A stretch of DNA of 64,000 nt, from the NCBI RefSeq assembly GCF_009834535.1, contig NC_045696.1, positions 121,088,001-121,152,000 on the forward strand. Reading direction: 5' to 3'. Below the pieces are notes generated by a model. The model saw only the letters and a program-made list of their open reading frames with translations. It was not told the DNA's origin and did not search any database. The stretch's first letter is position 1, and each line of letters begins with the position of its first letter. Origin of the DNA: Camelus ferus (taxonomy: Eukaryota). The translations under genes were made by a program, and so were the position numbers. This document shows, one piece after another, positions 25,076 through 38,080 of the stretch.

Positions 25076-25619
25076 TGAGGCGGGAAGCCCCATAAAAAGA
25101 CCAGCAAGACCCCTAGGCAGGGCCGCTGCTCTCCTCCCAGCACCGTCAGGTTCCCTGGCCCAGAGGCTCTATCTCACTTTCTGCCTCTAAAGCGGCTAAC
25201 TTACACCTAAAATTCTATTGGTTCCCTGAGCTCATTTCTGATTGGTTATTTCCTTCACTCCTGATTGGGTATTACTCTCACTTCTGATTGGTCCACTTCC
25301 CTAACTTCTGATTGGCCCATTGGTAGTACTTCATTTGCATGGAGCTCACTCCTGATTGGTCTATTTCTACAAAGCTTGTTCCTGGTTGGTCAACTTCTGT
25401 TGTACTTTATTTGCATATGATGTTGCAAGTGTAAAACTGGCAGCCTATAAAAGGCCTGTGTAAACCTACAGATGGGGTCCAGAGTTTGAAGTGTTAACTC
25501 CTGTGGGCCTGCTTGCATAATAAAGCTGAGCTGTCCGACTCTCCGAGTCTCTCGCCTGGATCTAGGTTGCTGTCACAACTGAGCTGTAACAGCGAGCTGT
25601 AACACATTTTTCCGCAACA
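25076..25619 (+). mobile_element. Solo LTR with CCAAT-repeat U3 (5' boundary approximate)
   Basis: ATTGG repeats, TATAAAA 25446-25452, AATAAA 25519-25524, gagctgtaaca repeats, ends ...ttccgcaaca. Confidence 0.75.
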
Positions 25620-25674
25620 CTTCAATCAAGCATGTAGACTTGGTAAGTGTCTTGAGAGTCTATCATCATTGTGG

Positions 25675-25840
25675 GTTTTTTTTAAATTCTTAAAAAAAAT
25701 TTTTTTTCTTGTTTGGTTATTTTTGGAAGGGGTGGTAATTGGGTTTATTTATTTATTTATTTTGATGGAGGCATTGGGGATCGAACCGAGGACTTCGTGC
25801 ATGCTGAGCACACGCTCAACCACTGACCTATGCCCTCCCC
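25675..25840 (-). mobile_element. tRNA-derived camelid-type SINE
   Basis: gtaattgggtttattt...ggggatcgaacc...ctatgccctcccc, the reverse complement of the SINE consensus. Confidence 0.85.
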
Positions 25841-27646
25841 GTCATAGTCTTTTTAAAAAACTTATTAGATGTATGTACTCGTTTATGTCTTTATTCCACA
25901 GATAGGACTTTCTTCAGGGCTGTATTTGTGCATTAAAAAAAAAAAAATCAAACCCGCCTTCAGGGAAAGCCTTACTGCCCTGGCGGCGGACAGAAGCGGT
26001 TAGGAAGGGGGAGGGGGGCGGTCAGGAAGAAGCACGGCCGAGGGGACCCTTTGGTCTCCAGCTCCTCCATGTGCTTTCAGGCCTGGTCTCAGGTCTCGTG
26101 GAGACCTTTCTTGACCAACCTCTCGGCCAGTCCCTCTGGGACGGAGAGTTTCTTCGGCAATGATGGGTCAGTGGTATCATTCTGTTGGGGGTAGTTCTCT
26201 GGTAACTGACTGTGGCTGTGCAGGTCTGAGGCCACCTGTGAAGTCGTTTTTCTGGGTCCCAGTTCATGACTTTCTCCACCGCCCCCTCACCTCCTGTTCC
26301 CTGCTTTTCATACACATGACGTGTTCTCAACCACAGTTAGCGAAAAAACTTTAAAATTAAACTTATAATTGAGGCATAATATGTAGAAGAGCACAAATCT
26401 TAAGTGAACAACTCAATAAATGTCTACAGATAAACCCACACCCCGACATAGCCATGGCCGACGCCCAGGTGGCAAGTGTCTCCAGCATCACGCCTGCCTC
26501 CTGTGAGCTCCGTCTGAGGGGGAGCCTGCGGACCTCCAGTCCATCGCTCGCGGCCTGTAGTGGTCTTGCTTATTCTTTTTTTTGTTTTTTTTTGTTTTTT
26601 TTTTTAATGGCTAAACAAAGCAGTATATTCATGCTATGGAATACTCCAAAGCCATAAAAAAGAAAAGTTACTGATACATATCACAGTCTGGATGACTCTC
26701 TAGAAAATTATACTGAATAAAAAAATTCAGCCTCAAAAATGTACATGCCATATGATTCCAATCATATAGCATTCTTTAAAAACAATTTTTTTATAGAAGT
26801 GTACTTGATTTACAATGTTTGTTTCAAGTGCAAAGCAATTAGGTTCAACATATACCTACATTTTTTTCAAATTCTTTTCCAGCATAGCTTATTACAAGAA
26901 ATTGAATATAGTTCCTTGTGCTATGCTGTATGTAGGTCCTTGTTTATTTTATATAGAGTGTGTATTTGTTAATCCCAAACTACTAAATTATCCCTCCCCC
27001 AAATTTTGCCTATTTTTGAACTGTGTGTATTCTTAAAAAAAAAACTTTCTGTTTAGAAATAACTTAAAAATTAGAGAATTTGCAATAATAGTACAGAGAG
27101 CATCCACACACCTGTCACTTAGAGTCACCAATGGCCAACATTTTGCCCCTAGTGCTTTATTATCTACTTATTTCATATAAATGTTTTCTCCCAAGTCTCT
27201 CCTTGAACTTTGGGGAGTATGTTGCATCCCCCTGACTCTTTACTTCTTGATACTTCAGCGTGCATTTGCTAGAAATAAAAATTTCTCTCACGTAATCAAA
27301 GTAGGGTTATCAATTTAAGTAAACTTAACATTGACACAGTACTTTAAAGTCTATGTTCCAGTTTTACCAGCTGGCTCAGTAATGTCATTTCTCACACCGC
27401 ATTCCTCCCACCAGCCCCCTGCCCCTCAATACAGGACCCAGGCTAGGTTTGGGTATTGCAGTTGGTTGTCACGTCTCTTTAATCTCTTTTAATCTGGTAT
27501 CTATATCCCGTTTTTGTTTTGTTTTGTTTTGTTGGTTTTTTTTTTTTTTTGGCTTTTATGCATTTAACTCTTTTTTTTTTTTTGAAGAATTTGGGGTGCA
27601 TTGCCACACATTCCTTAATTCCATAGCTTCAGACTATGCATGCCAA

Positions 27647-27768
27647 GGGGGAGGGTATGGCTCAGTGGTAGAGTGCATGCCTAGAATGCATGTGGTCCTG
27701 GGTTCAATCCCCAGTACCTCCACTAAGTAAATAAAACTAATTACTTTCCCCTCCAAAAAAACAAAAAT
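27647..27768 (+). mobile_element. tRNA-derived camelid-type SINE
   Basis: A/B boxes; TSD agactatgcatgcc/agactatgtattcc at 27631-27644 and 27769-27782. Confidence 0.88.
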
Positions 27769-27864
27769 AGACTATGTATTCCGGCTGAGATAGAATATAA
27801 GTGACATTTTTGTCCTTCTCATATTGTATCTGGTTACACCTCTGTCCTTCACTGCTGCTATTGA

Positions 27865-27980
27865 TTTTTAAAAATTTATGTATGTATGTATTTACTTATG
27901 GAGGTACTGGGGGTTGAATCCAGGACCTCGTGCATGCTAAGCACCACTCTACCCCTGAGCTATGCCTGCCCCCCCCCCCC
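27865..27980 (-). mobile_element. tRNA-derived camelid-type SINE
   Basis: ggaggtactgggggttgaatccaggacctcgtgcatgctaagc...ctgagctatgcc. Confidence 0.85.
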
Positions 27981-29125
27981 CCGCTGGTGCTGGTAAGTTT
28001 GATCACTTGGTAATGACTGTACAGTTAGTGTTTTCCCCTTTCATCTTATAACCAGTCCGTGGGGAGATGCTTTAAGACCATGCTCATATCCTGCTCCCTA
28101 ATAAAATCTGCCCCTCCCTCCTCCTCGACATTGCATCCATTGATGATTCCTGTCTGCTCCATGTGGCTGGAGCCCGTCCCCCTCCCACAGGGGCAGCTGG
28201 CATCCAGCACCCCTGCAAGCAGTGGTCCTCCCTTCTGTCCACTTACTTATGCGTGTTGTCTGGGCTCCTGGATTCCAAATGGCTTGAAATCAGCAAACTG
28301 ACTACTTGTAAAGGATCTTTTTGTCCTTCTATTTTTTTTCAATATACTTATTCTTGGGTCAGTACCCCATGGGCTTTGTCCCTTCTTAAAGCAGTGTTTA
28401 CAGTTTAGAGTCTGGAAAGATACATCTTTCCCCATTTACTCGTTCTCTTCAGAATTTCTTTTGAGGTTTTCTCCCACTTCTTATTCTGGCTGAGTTTTAG
28501 AACCATTTTTACGGAATGGCACCCCCATGCCATTTCCCCTTAAGCCTTCCCTAGACTCTGGTGGGATTTTGATAGAACTGCTCTGGACCTGTAGGTACAA
28601 TTATAAATAACAGGCAATTTTATGAAATGTAGTCCTTTCACCAAGGACAAGTCTGCTCTCCACTTATTCAAGTTTTAATCTGGCCATGAGCCTTTAGAAA
28701 CGTAGGGCACACAAATGTGCCTGCCATTGCTCGGAGGGTTTCTCAAGTGAGTTCAAACCTTTGCAAGAATGTTGCTCTGGTGCTTGGAGTCAACCGAGAG
28801 AAATGAAAATAAAACGCAAAAACCAAACGCCAAGGAAATGGAAAGACAAGAAGGTGGGGAGGAGACTGTCCAGGACGTTTCACTTAACCAGATAAGCCTT
28901 CTGGAAGTCCTGCATGTCACCTGCCAGGCACCGTGCTAGACTTGGGGACAAAGAGCAGAAGCCAGACCGGAGGAAAGAATCAATCACATGAATCAAAGGA
29001 GAAAACAGAATCTCCAACACGTTCTCACGCCACTCCCTTCTCGCATGTGCCTTTCGGAGCTCCCTGCCCCTGTGAGACCCCCCCCCCCCCACCAGGAGTT
29101 CACAGAGAGGCCGAGGTCTAAGGCT

Positions 29126-29152
29126 GGGGTGGGGTGGGGTGGGGTGGGGGGG
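29126..29152 (+). repeat. (GGGGT)4-G7 G-quadruplex-forming repeat
   Basis: ggggtggggtggggtggggtggggggg. Confidence 0.85.
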
Positions 29153-32021
29153 TGCGATGAGCAGGAATCTGCCTGTCCCATTTCACAAATCTCCACCACA
29201 GCGCAGCCCCTTAGAGCTTGAAGAAAGTGGGTTTTAGGATGGATGACAGGCAGTCTTGCTTAGGACAGCAGGTGATGCAGTGCCGGCTTCAGCCGCGGGG
29301 AGGCAGCGCGCACACTGAACAAGAGCGCGGGGCCTGGAGGGGGAAGGACAGGGCAGTATGTCTGTGCAGCTGACTGTTTTAATTTACAGTCTGGAAACGT
29401 CCTGAGAGCTTCACTCGGCATCCTGCACCTAGGGACCCAGCTGCCTGGAAGCGATGTCACCGCGCAGCACTCAGTTCTCTGTGCTCGGACACAAGCAGGT
29501 GAGACCGTGGGGACCACTGGCGACGACAGGAGTGGGTCTGAGGTGCTCGTGGAGGTGCCTTAGCTTCTATCAGCTTCTCAGGCTGTCGGCTTCTGGGACG
29601 TGGCCCAGGTCACTCGCCACGCGGTCCGGCAGCCCTGAGCCCCAGAGTGAGCAGCCGTGTCCCCCTCTGCAGGTCCTGGGCTTGGCCGTCTCTGTGGTTT
29701 CCGGGTGTCCCCGGCCACCGCCCTTTCCCTCCTTTACCTCTTCCTTCGTCCTTCCTTCCATCCCTCCTTTCGTTCCTTCCACAGGTGTTTGAGAAACACC
29801 TCCTCACTGAGTTCCTAACTCCTGAGTGGAAGTCTCTCCTAAACAAGAATTTAGCAATTGTTTCTATGTCCCTCTTGTTCTGGGTAACTGGAAGGGGATG
29901 AGTTCTTTCCAGCATTTAAGTAAATGAAAGTGGACCCAAGACTCAGTTCAGTTTCAAATTAGCAGCTCTGAAAAGTCCCCTTTCCAGCCTCTTTCCCCAT
30001 CTTCCCTTCCCTTTGAGAGGTGATTGCCCATAAGAGACAGTAGGACCGTGTACACCTGGAAACGTAGCCCTAAATATTCACCGCCAGGCAGCGTGGCTGG
30101 GAAAGATGGAGTGAGGAGAAATATCCCAGAAGTCAGGCCAGGACGTCGCCCACTTTTACTCAGCCTTCAGGGAGGCAGGTGGAGACACGCTGGGGATGAA
30201 GCACCTTCCTCTACCTGAGTCAAGCACTTGCTTGCTCTGACAAGAAACATGCAGATCTTCCCCACATTTCCCTTTGGGAAGACAGATTCATGCAGCCTCC
30301 GTGTAAGGACCATGGACGGTGTCCTCTGCAGCCGTGCTGTGACCACACCTGCCCTCTGGGCTCGCAGAGATGGTTTACTGGGGATGGACATGCTGTGGTT
30401 GTCAGGAGAGGAGAGGGTAACAGCGACACCCCAGTTGGAAGTGGGGGGGACATTTCTGGAACTGGGTGCTTGCTGGAGGAGGCAGCCCACGCACACCCCA
30501 CGTCAGGGAGCAAGGGACCAGCTATTTTTGCCTTAGAGATTTTGAACACCTGTAACTTGGTACAGTCTTTCCGAGGGGCAATGTGCTATTACATATGCAG
30601 TCATTTCCCTTCCAGGAATTAACTTAAGAATTCATAATGTCCACAAAGGTTCAGCTACAAAGATGCCCATCAGAGGACCATTTCCAAAAAAAAAAAAAAA
30701 AAAATCAAAGTTTAAGACACAGATAATAACTGAAAAAAAGGCTTTGAAGCAGCACACACAGCATAATCCTGTTTGTTACGGAAATATACCCACATGTGCG
30801 CACAGAAGTCCTGGAAGATGTTAACAGACTCGGTCACTACACGGTGGGGTCATAAGGTGTTTTTCGTTTTCTGTAAATTTATATAATAACCAAATATTAC
30901 CTTTATGATACAAAAGAAAGTTTATGTTTAGGTTTTAAAGATCAATTCCTCCTTTTCTTTAGTGTCCTCTTACAATCAAAGTGGATGATTGACCCATGAT
31001 TTCCCCCCTAACTTTGATTTACTCAATTCATGGGTCTCTGAATGTCTCTATCATTTCTGTGAGAACTGGAAACACGCCTGGCTCCAGGTGGGCTTGAGAA
31101 ACTGAGAGCTGAGGCGGTGACGGGAGAACCACCCCACACCTCGGCCAGGCTGGTACACACACAGATGAGCGAGTGAGAAGTGCTGGACTTTCAATGCCTG
31201 GGAGCCCCCAGGTCCTAACAAGCTCACTTTTCTGACCGATGGTGAAAGATGAGGGTCACTAGAAAATATCTTAACAGTTGGCCTGATCATTGTTGACTCA
31301 TGTATATGATAAATTAGGTCAAGCTAACTTATACAAAAAAAAAAAAAAAAAAAAAAAACCACCAGTAGGAGAAATGACTAACCACAGATGTTCCCTGGAG
31401 CCCCCCCCCCGCCCCCGCCTTGAGGCTGAGGGTGCCCACCTGTTCTGTCCGATGCCCTTCCCACCTGTTAGAAAGTGGGACGAGGTCTTTAAAAAGTGGT
31501 AAGAGTTCTCCATTCCGTTCACTTTTGCATCAGTGGTTATTTTTAAGAAAAGCAGTTTCAGCAGTTGTAGCTGATGTGACCTCTTGGGTATTCCGGAACC
31601 TCAGGATTTTTTAGAGCCGCTTACTGTTTTACTACCTGAAGCTGTTTGCAGGGCTCATCGGTATCTCTTAGTGGGACTGAAGGCCCTCGCTCAGGTCTAA
31701 AGAATCAGTTTGGAGTTGCCCGAGGGGGTCACGTGGAGCGAAAGGGCAGCCCTTTTCCCCCTTACTCACCACCATCAGCACCACCCCTTCTGCTTGGATC
31801 CTCATTTTTCCCAAATACCCGTTTCCTCGGGAGCCAGACCCTCAGCTCTGTCACTAATGGTGGTATTTTAGCAGCAGGCTGGCTGGTATTACCAGCTTGT
31901 AAAACTCTATGTTTGAGGAGGGGCAGAGCCCACCTTACCATCATAGCCCTCCTCTTTGAGGTGGACGGTCACAGTCTGTGTTTCCACAGCCAAAAAAATG
32001 GACCATCAGCCAACTGACTGA

Positions 32022-32553
32022 TGTCATAGTGAAAAGCAGGGCCCTAGGGGGCCTTCCTGGGGCAGACCCCTCCCCATCCCATATTCGGCAGCTCCTCTCT
32101 GAAGGACCCAGACCATAGACGCTAAAACCTACCACGCAGGAGAAGAAATTAACTATGTGAGGACCATGAGCACATGGCCCCCAGACCCGGTGCCTCAGGA
32201 TTGCTCACCATCGACCAGAGAATTGTGCACAGCTGGTCACACACCCTGGGACTGCCTCTCCCTCAGCTGGTCTTTAAAAAGGCTCAGCTGAGGTGGGTGG
32301 GGAGCGCTCAGTGGTGCTCAGCATGCCCGCAGTCCCAGGTTCAATCCGTTTCTCCGCTTAAAAAAGTAAGATTCTTAAAAAAAAGAAAAAAAAAGGCTCA
32401 GCTGAAACCCCTCGAGTAGGGGGCGGGTTTTGGGCACGAGCCACCCGTACTCCTTGCTTGGCCCAGCAGTGAACATTTCTCTGCTCCAAACTCCGGCATT
32501 TTGGTTTGTTTGGCCTCACCGTGCATGGGGCACACGGACTCGTGTCGGGAACA
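32022..32553 (+). mobile_element. ERV1-like 5' LTR containing a SINE
   Basis: tgtcatagtg...cgggaaca, followed by the degenerate PBS-like ggggagccagcaggga. Confidence 0.6.
32292..32389 (+). mobile_element. Degenerate tRNA-derived SINE inserted in LTR
   Basis: gctcagtgg...caggttcaatcc, A tail; 16-bp TSD aaaaaggctcagctga at 32276-32291 and 32390-32405. Confidence 0.8.
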
Positions 32554-35500
32554 CTTTCAGGGGAGCCAGCAGGGATCCTGTGCCCGGGCAGGGTCGGCCC
32601 TGGCCGAGGGCAGCCCCTCCCCGGGTCCCAGCAGCGGCCCGGGCTCACGTCACTCCGGGAAGCAGGAGGGACCCTTCCTGAGGTCAAGGCCGCCCCGGGA
32701 CGAGGCTCTTTGGAGCCGAGAACCTTCTGGAGCTGCGTCCACACTGCAGGGGTGAGTGTCTCCGGCTCGCGCGGGCGGGGAACCTGCCCACTCCATCTGG
32801 GCTCGGTCCCTCTGGGAAGGGAGCCGCCCCGGGCTCATCGTGAGCCCCCCGGGTCCCTGCCCCTCCGAGGGCCGGGCCCACCTGTGTGGAGGCCTCGTCT
32901 GGGGGTGGAAGTGGAATTTTTAGGCGACACCTCCTCTGTGGCCTGTGTGACCAAACCTTACCTGCCGTTTGTGTGTGTGTGTCTGGTTCTGGGGTGAGCC
33001 ACTCCGGTTGTGTAGGATGGAAGATTGTCCCCACTCCACCCAGGCTCCTTCCCTCCCGGAAAGTGGGTCATTCTGGGCTCACTGGGAGCCACCCTGGGTC
33101 CATTCTTGTTTGGGAGCCAGGCCACTGGGGAGCCTCCATCTGGGAGAGGAAGTGGAATTTGGGGACCACACCTCATCTGAGCTTCTGTTTGTGGGAGTGT
33201 GTGTGTGTGTGTGTGTGCGCGTGTGCGTGTGTGCACGCTTGTGCGCACACCTGGATTGGCTGAGGCGTCTCTGAGTACTGGGGCTCCCGTGTGACGGTAC
33301 CCGGGTGTCCTCCCTCTCATGTTGGCCTCGCCTGGGGTGAAGCATCAGCAGGGACGTTCCCTTTCCAGCCTTGGTCTTTGATTCAGCCTCGTCTCTGGCT
33401 GGGCACTTGCTGGGGTGCTGCCTTTGGGGCCAGGGAACTGTAACCCTGAGAGACTGTTTTGAACTTGTTTGCTTGAGGGTTGATAGCATAGGATGATCAG
33501 AGCTCTGTTCCACCTTCCAGTCCCACTAGGGCGTGCTCCATTATGCTCCCATAAATGAAAGAAACAATAAAAATATATATATATTTATAACACTGTGTGG
33601 GCTCAGCGCTCCCTGAGATCTGGAGAACAGTGGTCCTGATGGCTCTGCTGTCACAGCAAAGTGGGAGGCGTGCAGTTTGACTTTTATTTTGGCGGCAGTG
33701 GGGGGGGGGGGGTTGTGTGTGTGTAGGGGGTCTCAGTACCTGAGTCCAAGTCCTGTTCTCTCTTCCTGGTTTTGCTGAAAGTGAGGCATGTGAGTGTGAG
33801 AGAGTGATGATGTATTATTGTCTATTACTCTTATTTCTTTAAACCAAAGTGGATATTTGGGAACTGGGGGGAAAAGTCCTATAAATAGGGAAGATAGTTG
33901 GGTTTTTAAAAGCTGTTAGAGGAGAAATTTGCATTTCTCTTCCTGTGCCTTTGAGATGTAATGAGCTACCTTTTTTTCTCAAGGAAAAAAAGCTTTTTAA
34001 AACTCAAGCGGAAAAGCTAGGAGAGCTCTGGTTCTGTCTTTAGGTAAAAAATTAACTTGTGAATGAGTTTTATTTAATTAATTGACTTAAAAGTTTAAGT
34101 GCTTACAAACTAAATACTTGTAAGTATAAAAGAAGCTAGACAGAACAAACAGGCTCCTGAGGACCTAGGAAATGTTGGTATTAAGTTGATATCTGATACT
34201 GAGGCTAGCTTCATCTTGTTGGTATAATCAATACAGACATGCCTTTGTACCTAGGATTCCTGAAGGTCAGTAAGTTCATGTGGTTTCTGTTGCAGAGTTG
34301 TCAGCAGGAAGAAAAACTTAATTAACTTGGTTTGATGGCATTCTTATAAGTGAATTAAATGCAAATAGGATGAGAGCTTTTGGGCGAGCACTTTGGAAAT
34401 AATTGTTTTAGGAATGTCTACTTACCAAATATCTAGAGAGATTATTTCTTAACTTGAAATTTTAAGAGTTGTGCTAAGTTAAATGATGGAAGTTTACTGA
34501 CTAGTTTTGTAGCTGGGTCATTCCCAAAGAAAAAAGGTACTGAAACAGTCACTAGAAATTAAGATTTTTAAGAATTGAAGATTTAATTTAAATATGTAAT
34601 TGAAACTAGTTAAAAATGGGATAAATGTCCTTTACCCATTTTTTAATGGGACTGTTTTTATTTTGTTGTTAAGTTTTAGTTCTGTACAGATTCTGGATGG
34701 TAATTTCTGACACATCATTTGCAATTTTTTCACCCATTCAGAAGATCGCCTTTTCACTTTAATTGTGCCCATTGATTTTTCTAGTTCTACAAAAATTGCT
34801 AGCAGTGTTTTAATACTATAATTTCTTTAATTCTCTAATTAACCCTTTTATGAGTATCTTCCATTATAAAGCTGTATAATTCCTTTCTTAATATTAAAAG
34901 AAGAAATCTCAAATAATAAAAAAACAGGGGGAACATTTCAGCATACAGTAGGAAAGTAGGATAGATAGTTGTTTTGAGTATAAAAAGGAAGGAGAAAGGG
35001 AGTCACGTCTGGTTGAGGGAAAAGAAGGTCATTTGGTCCCACTGATGGTTGTTTCTAGATAGAAAAAAGGGACAAACTAATATGGAAACAGAAAGTTGTG
35101 GAAAATTTGTAGAAAGGGACCCCTAAAAAAAAAAGCAGTTCTGTGCATGGTTGGGCTGAGATTAAACTTAATTAGGTAAATGAATTTTGTTAAAAGTAGG
35201 CTCGTGCAGGACCAGATCTGGCTCCTCTGTTAGGTGAACAAGTTTACTTAAAATGCTCCTGATAACAGATTGTGTGAAACTTTTTGGTATTTTTTACAAA
35301 CTTCCTATCAAATTCTAAATAAAGTTCTTTTTGACTTCGGCTAACTTGGGGGGCTTCAGAGGGCCCCTGCGGCAACTCAGAGAGAACTGTTTAACCAGGA
35401 GAGGCTGGTGTGCTGGATCGCACGGGAAGCCTTGCCGAGGGAGCGATGCACCTGCTCGGACTGTGCGGTGTGGGTGGACGTTGTCGATGTGGACATGCTA

Positions 35501-37057
35501 GAGGTGACGCGGGGTCTCAGGTTTGGGAACGTCCTGGCACCATGCTGCCAGTCACGGTTCTGGCTGTTTTCTTGGAAGGTTGTTTGTCACGGCAACGTGG
35601 TTAAGCTTCTCTGTCAAAAGCACATAGTCAGATCTTTACCTTGGCCTCGTTGTGTCTTGTGTCATTCGGGGACAGTTACCCTGATGCTTTGCGGGACTGG
35701 TTCATCTTCAAGAAAATTCATAAGAGGGTCCTTCTGACAAGTACGGGTTTCTTTTGGATCGTGCTGCTGAGCTGGATAGGATATTTAAGATGTCTAATGA
35801 AAACTGCATATAGCTGTTAGTAAAAGGGATTGATAGCATAGGATTAAGTAAACTGATGAATACAGTTATAATTAATTGGTTGAAGTATTACCGGCTTTTT
35901 AAAAAAACTGAAGTACAGTCAGTTACAGTGTGTCAGTTTCTGGTGCACAGCACAGTGTCCCAGTCATGCAGATACATACATATATTCATTTTCATATTCT
36001 TTTTATTAAAGATTATTATTACAAGATATTGAATGTAGTTCCCAGTGTTATACAGAAGAAATTTGGTTTTTATCCATTTTTATATATAATGGTTAACATT
36101 TGCAAACCTCAAACTCCCAGATTTATCCCTTCCCACCCCCTTTCCCTCCTTGGTAACCGTAAGGTTATTTACTATGTCTGTGAGTCTGTTTCTGTTTTGT
36201 AGATGAGTTCATGGTGTTCCCTCTTTTTTTTTTTTTTTTTTTCTGATTCCACATATAAGTGATTATCATATGGTATTTTTCTTTCTCTTTTTGGCTTACT
36301 TTACTTAGAATGATGATCTCCAGGTCCATCTATGTTGTTGCAAATGACATTATTTTATCATTTTTTATGGCTGAGCAGTATTCCATTGTATAAATATACT
36401 ATAGCTTCTTTATCCAGTCATCTGTTGATGGACATTTAGGTTGTTTCCATGTCTTGGCTATTGTAAATACTGCTGCTTTGAACACTGGGTGCGTGTATCT
36501 TTTCAAATTAGAGTTCCCTCTGGATATCTGCCCAGGAGTGGGATTGCTGGATCATATGGTGACATTATTTTTAGTTTTTTGAGGAATCTCCATAGTGCTT
36601 TCTATAATGGCTGCACCAGACTACATTCCCACTAGGTATTACTGGCTTTTAATCTGTTTTCTAATTAAACTATTTACTAAATGTTTGTCTCCCTTCAATA
36701 TAGTCCCTAATGTTTAGGACACTCTACTGGAGCTGTCACAGAGGGTAACTACTCATGATGTGTACCTCTGCGTGCTTTCAGTCTACTGCTAAGAGCACAT
36801 GTACGATGCTTGTGTGACAACTGGGTGTAAGTGATAAAATGTATGGCCTGTAAAGTGCTTCCCCGTTAACACGCCTCTCAGCCTGTTCACCTTATCTGAT
36901 TAGTTTTCCTCCAACCTGGATAACCAGGCAAACATAACAGAAGCCTGGCACCGAGGGACATCACCTAATCCGGGGACAGGAGCTACCACCCTAGCGATGA
37001 GGGACAGATGTTAAACAGCAGTGCTTTCTAGTGGAAGATTTGCAGTCAAAAGGAAAA
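32554..37057 (+). mobile_element. Non-autonomous ERV1 (MER4-group-like) internal region
   Basis: PBS-like start, GC-rich leader, AT-rich non-coding body, polypurine-tract-like aaaaggaaaaa before TG at ~37058; no gag/pol/env ORF. Confidence 0.55.
35900..36635 (-). mobile_element. L1 3' fragment inserted in the ERV
   Basis: TSD gtattac(c/t)ggctttt at 35885-35899 and 36636-36650. Confidence 0.9.
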
Positions 37058-37849
37058 ATGATGGGAAAATCCACACATACTGAGGTACGGGGAAATCATT
37101 CTGGCTTATGCATGGTTTGACGTAAACTTCACTGACCGAAGTTTGGACGTGCATCACACATCTGCTTTGGCCTTGAGGAGGGACGTGCATTTGGAAGTCA
37201 GAATGCAGAAGCTTGGTTCAGACTCTCCAGGTACACCTAGGTGGCCACTGGGGACGTGATTTCAGACATCTGTGTTAGGACTGGGGTGAGGGACTGTCAG
37301 TTCTTCTCAAATAAAGCAAATTCAGTGCAGTGTCAGAACTCGATGGCTATCTGACCCTTTTCTGTTAAAAACAACAGCAGACTTTCTCAGTGCCCTGACA
37401 CACCCTCCATGCTCATATGAAGTCTGCTTTAGGAGACTCAAGGTCACAACGGTCACTTCCCTGGTCCCATCAGATGCCAGGAAGGCACAGTTAGGTGCCG
37501 CCCACCCCAGGAAGACTCCTTGGCAGGAGGAGTTAAAGTCATTTTCTTTGCTTTTTTGGTGTTAGGGGTTGCACTCATTGAGATCAATTTGGCTTGTGTA
37601 CCTTGAGCAGGACAGGTACAATTAATTAATCTAAAAAGAATGAAAACCGACGTGTGACACGGACGTGAGTTCTTCGGAAACAATATTCAAAAGCAGAGAA
37701 GCACCTGACTGTGGGATCGGCCGTTGTTTGCCTGCGGTTAGTCCGCAGGTCTGGGGATTAAGGCATCACATGATAGAGATTCTTCCTGTTAGTATGAAAA
37801 GATAGCATGTCTCTCAAAAGAGAAAAAAATAAACTTCCCCAAAGTTAGA

Positions 37850-38080
37850 TGTTAAAGGGGAACAGAATATGCCCTCAAATACGCCACTTTGGCAGGTGAA
37901 TGACTTTGAACTGAAGGCAGCTAAGACCTAGCAGACACAGGGAAATTTTCACTATCTACCTTAACTACCTAGAAGAATTTAGATAGGGGGCCTGTACCAG
38001 AAAAACAGCTATTATTAGATATGATTTTCTTTTTTTTGGAAAGACCTGTCTGTATGGTAAGGCCAAATTCTAATTAGCAA
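37850..38080 (+). mobile_element. MER34-like LTR 5' fragment
   Basis: tgttaaaggggaacagaatatgccctcaaatacgccactttggc...tttgaactgaaggca. Confidence 0.55.

Larger units (their letters stand above)
26340..28700. mobile_element. Mixed old L1 (L1M/L1ME-type) fragments
   Basis: Diverged L1 3'UTR motifs in both orientations; boundaries approximate. Confidence 0.5.

Noticed and set aside
25210..25360. CRISPR-like periodic repeat
   Set aside because: Mammalian LTR U3 tandem repeat with short degenerate units; no cas context
29720..29790. Long polypyrimidine tract as independent proof of an exon
   Set aside because: Resembles a degenerate L2 3' end or simple repeat, which mimics acceptors
14779..32389. 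tRNA-like sequences with A/B boxes (six copies)
   Set aside because: Multiple diverged copies with A-rich tails, most sharing the SINE tail and some with TSDs; these are SINEs, not tRNA genes
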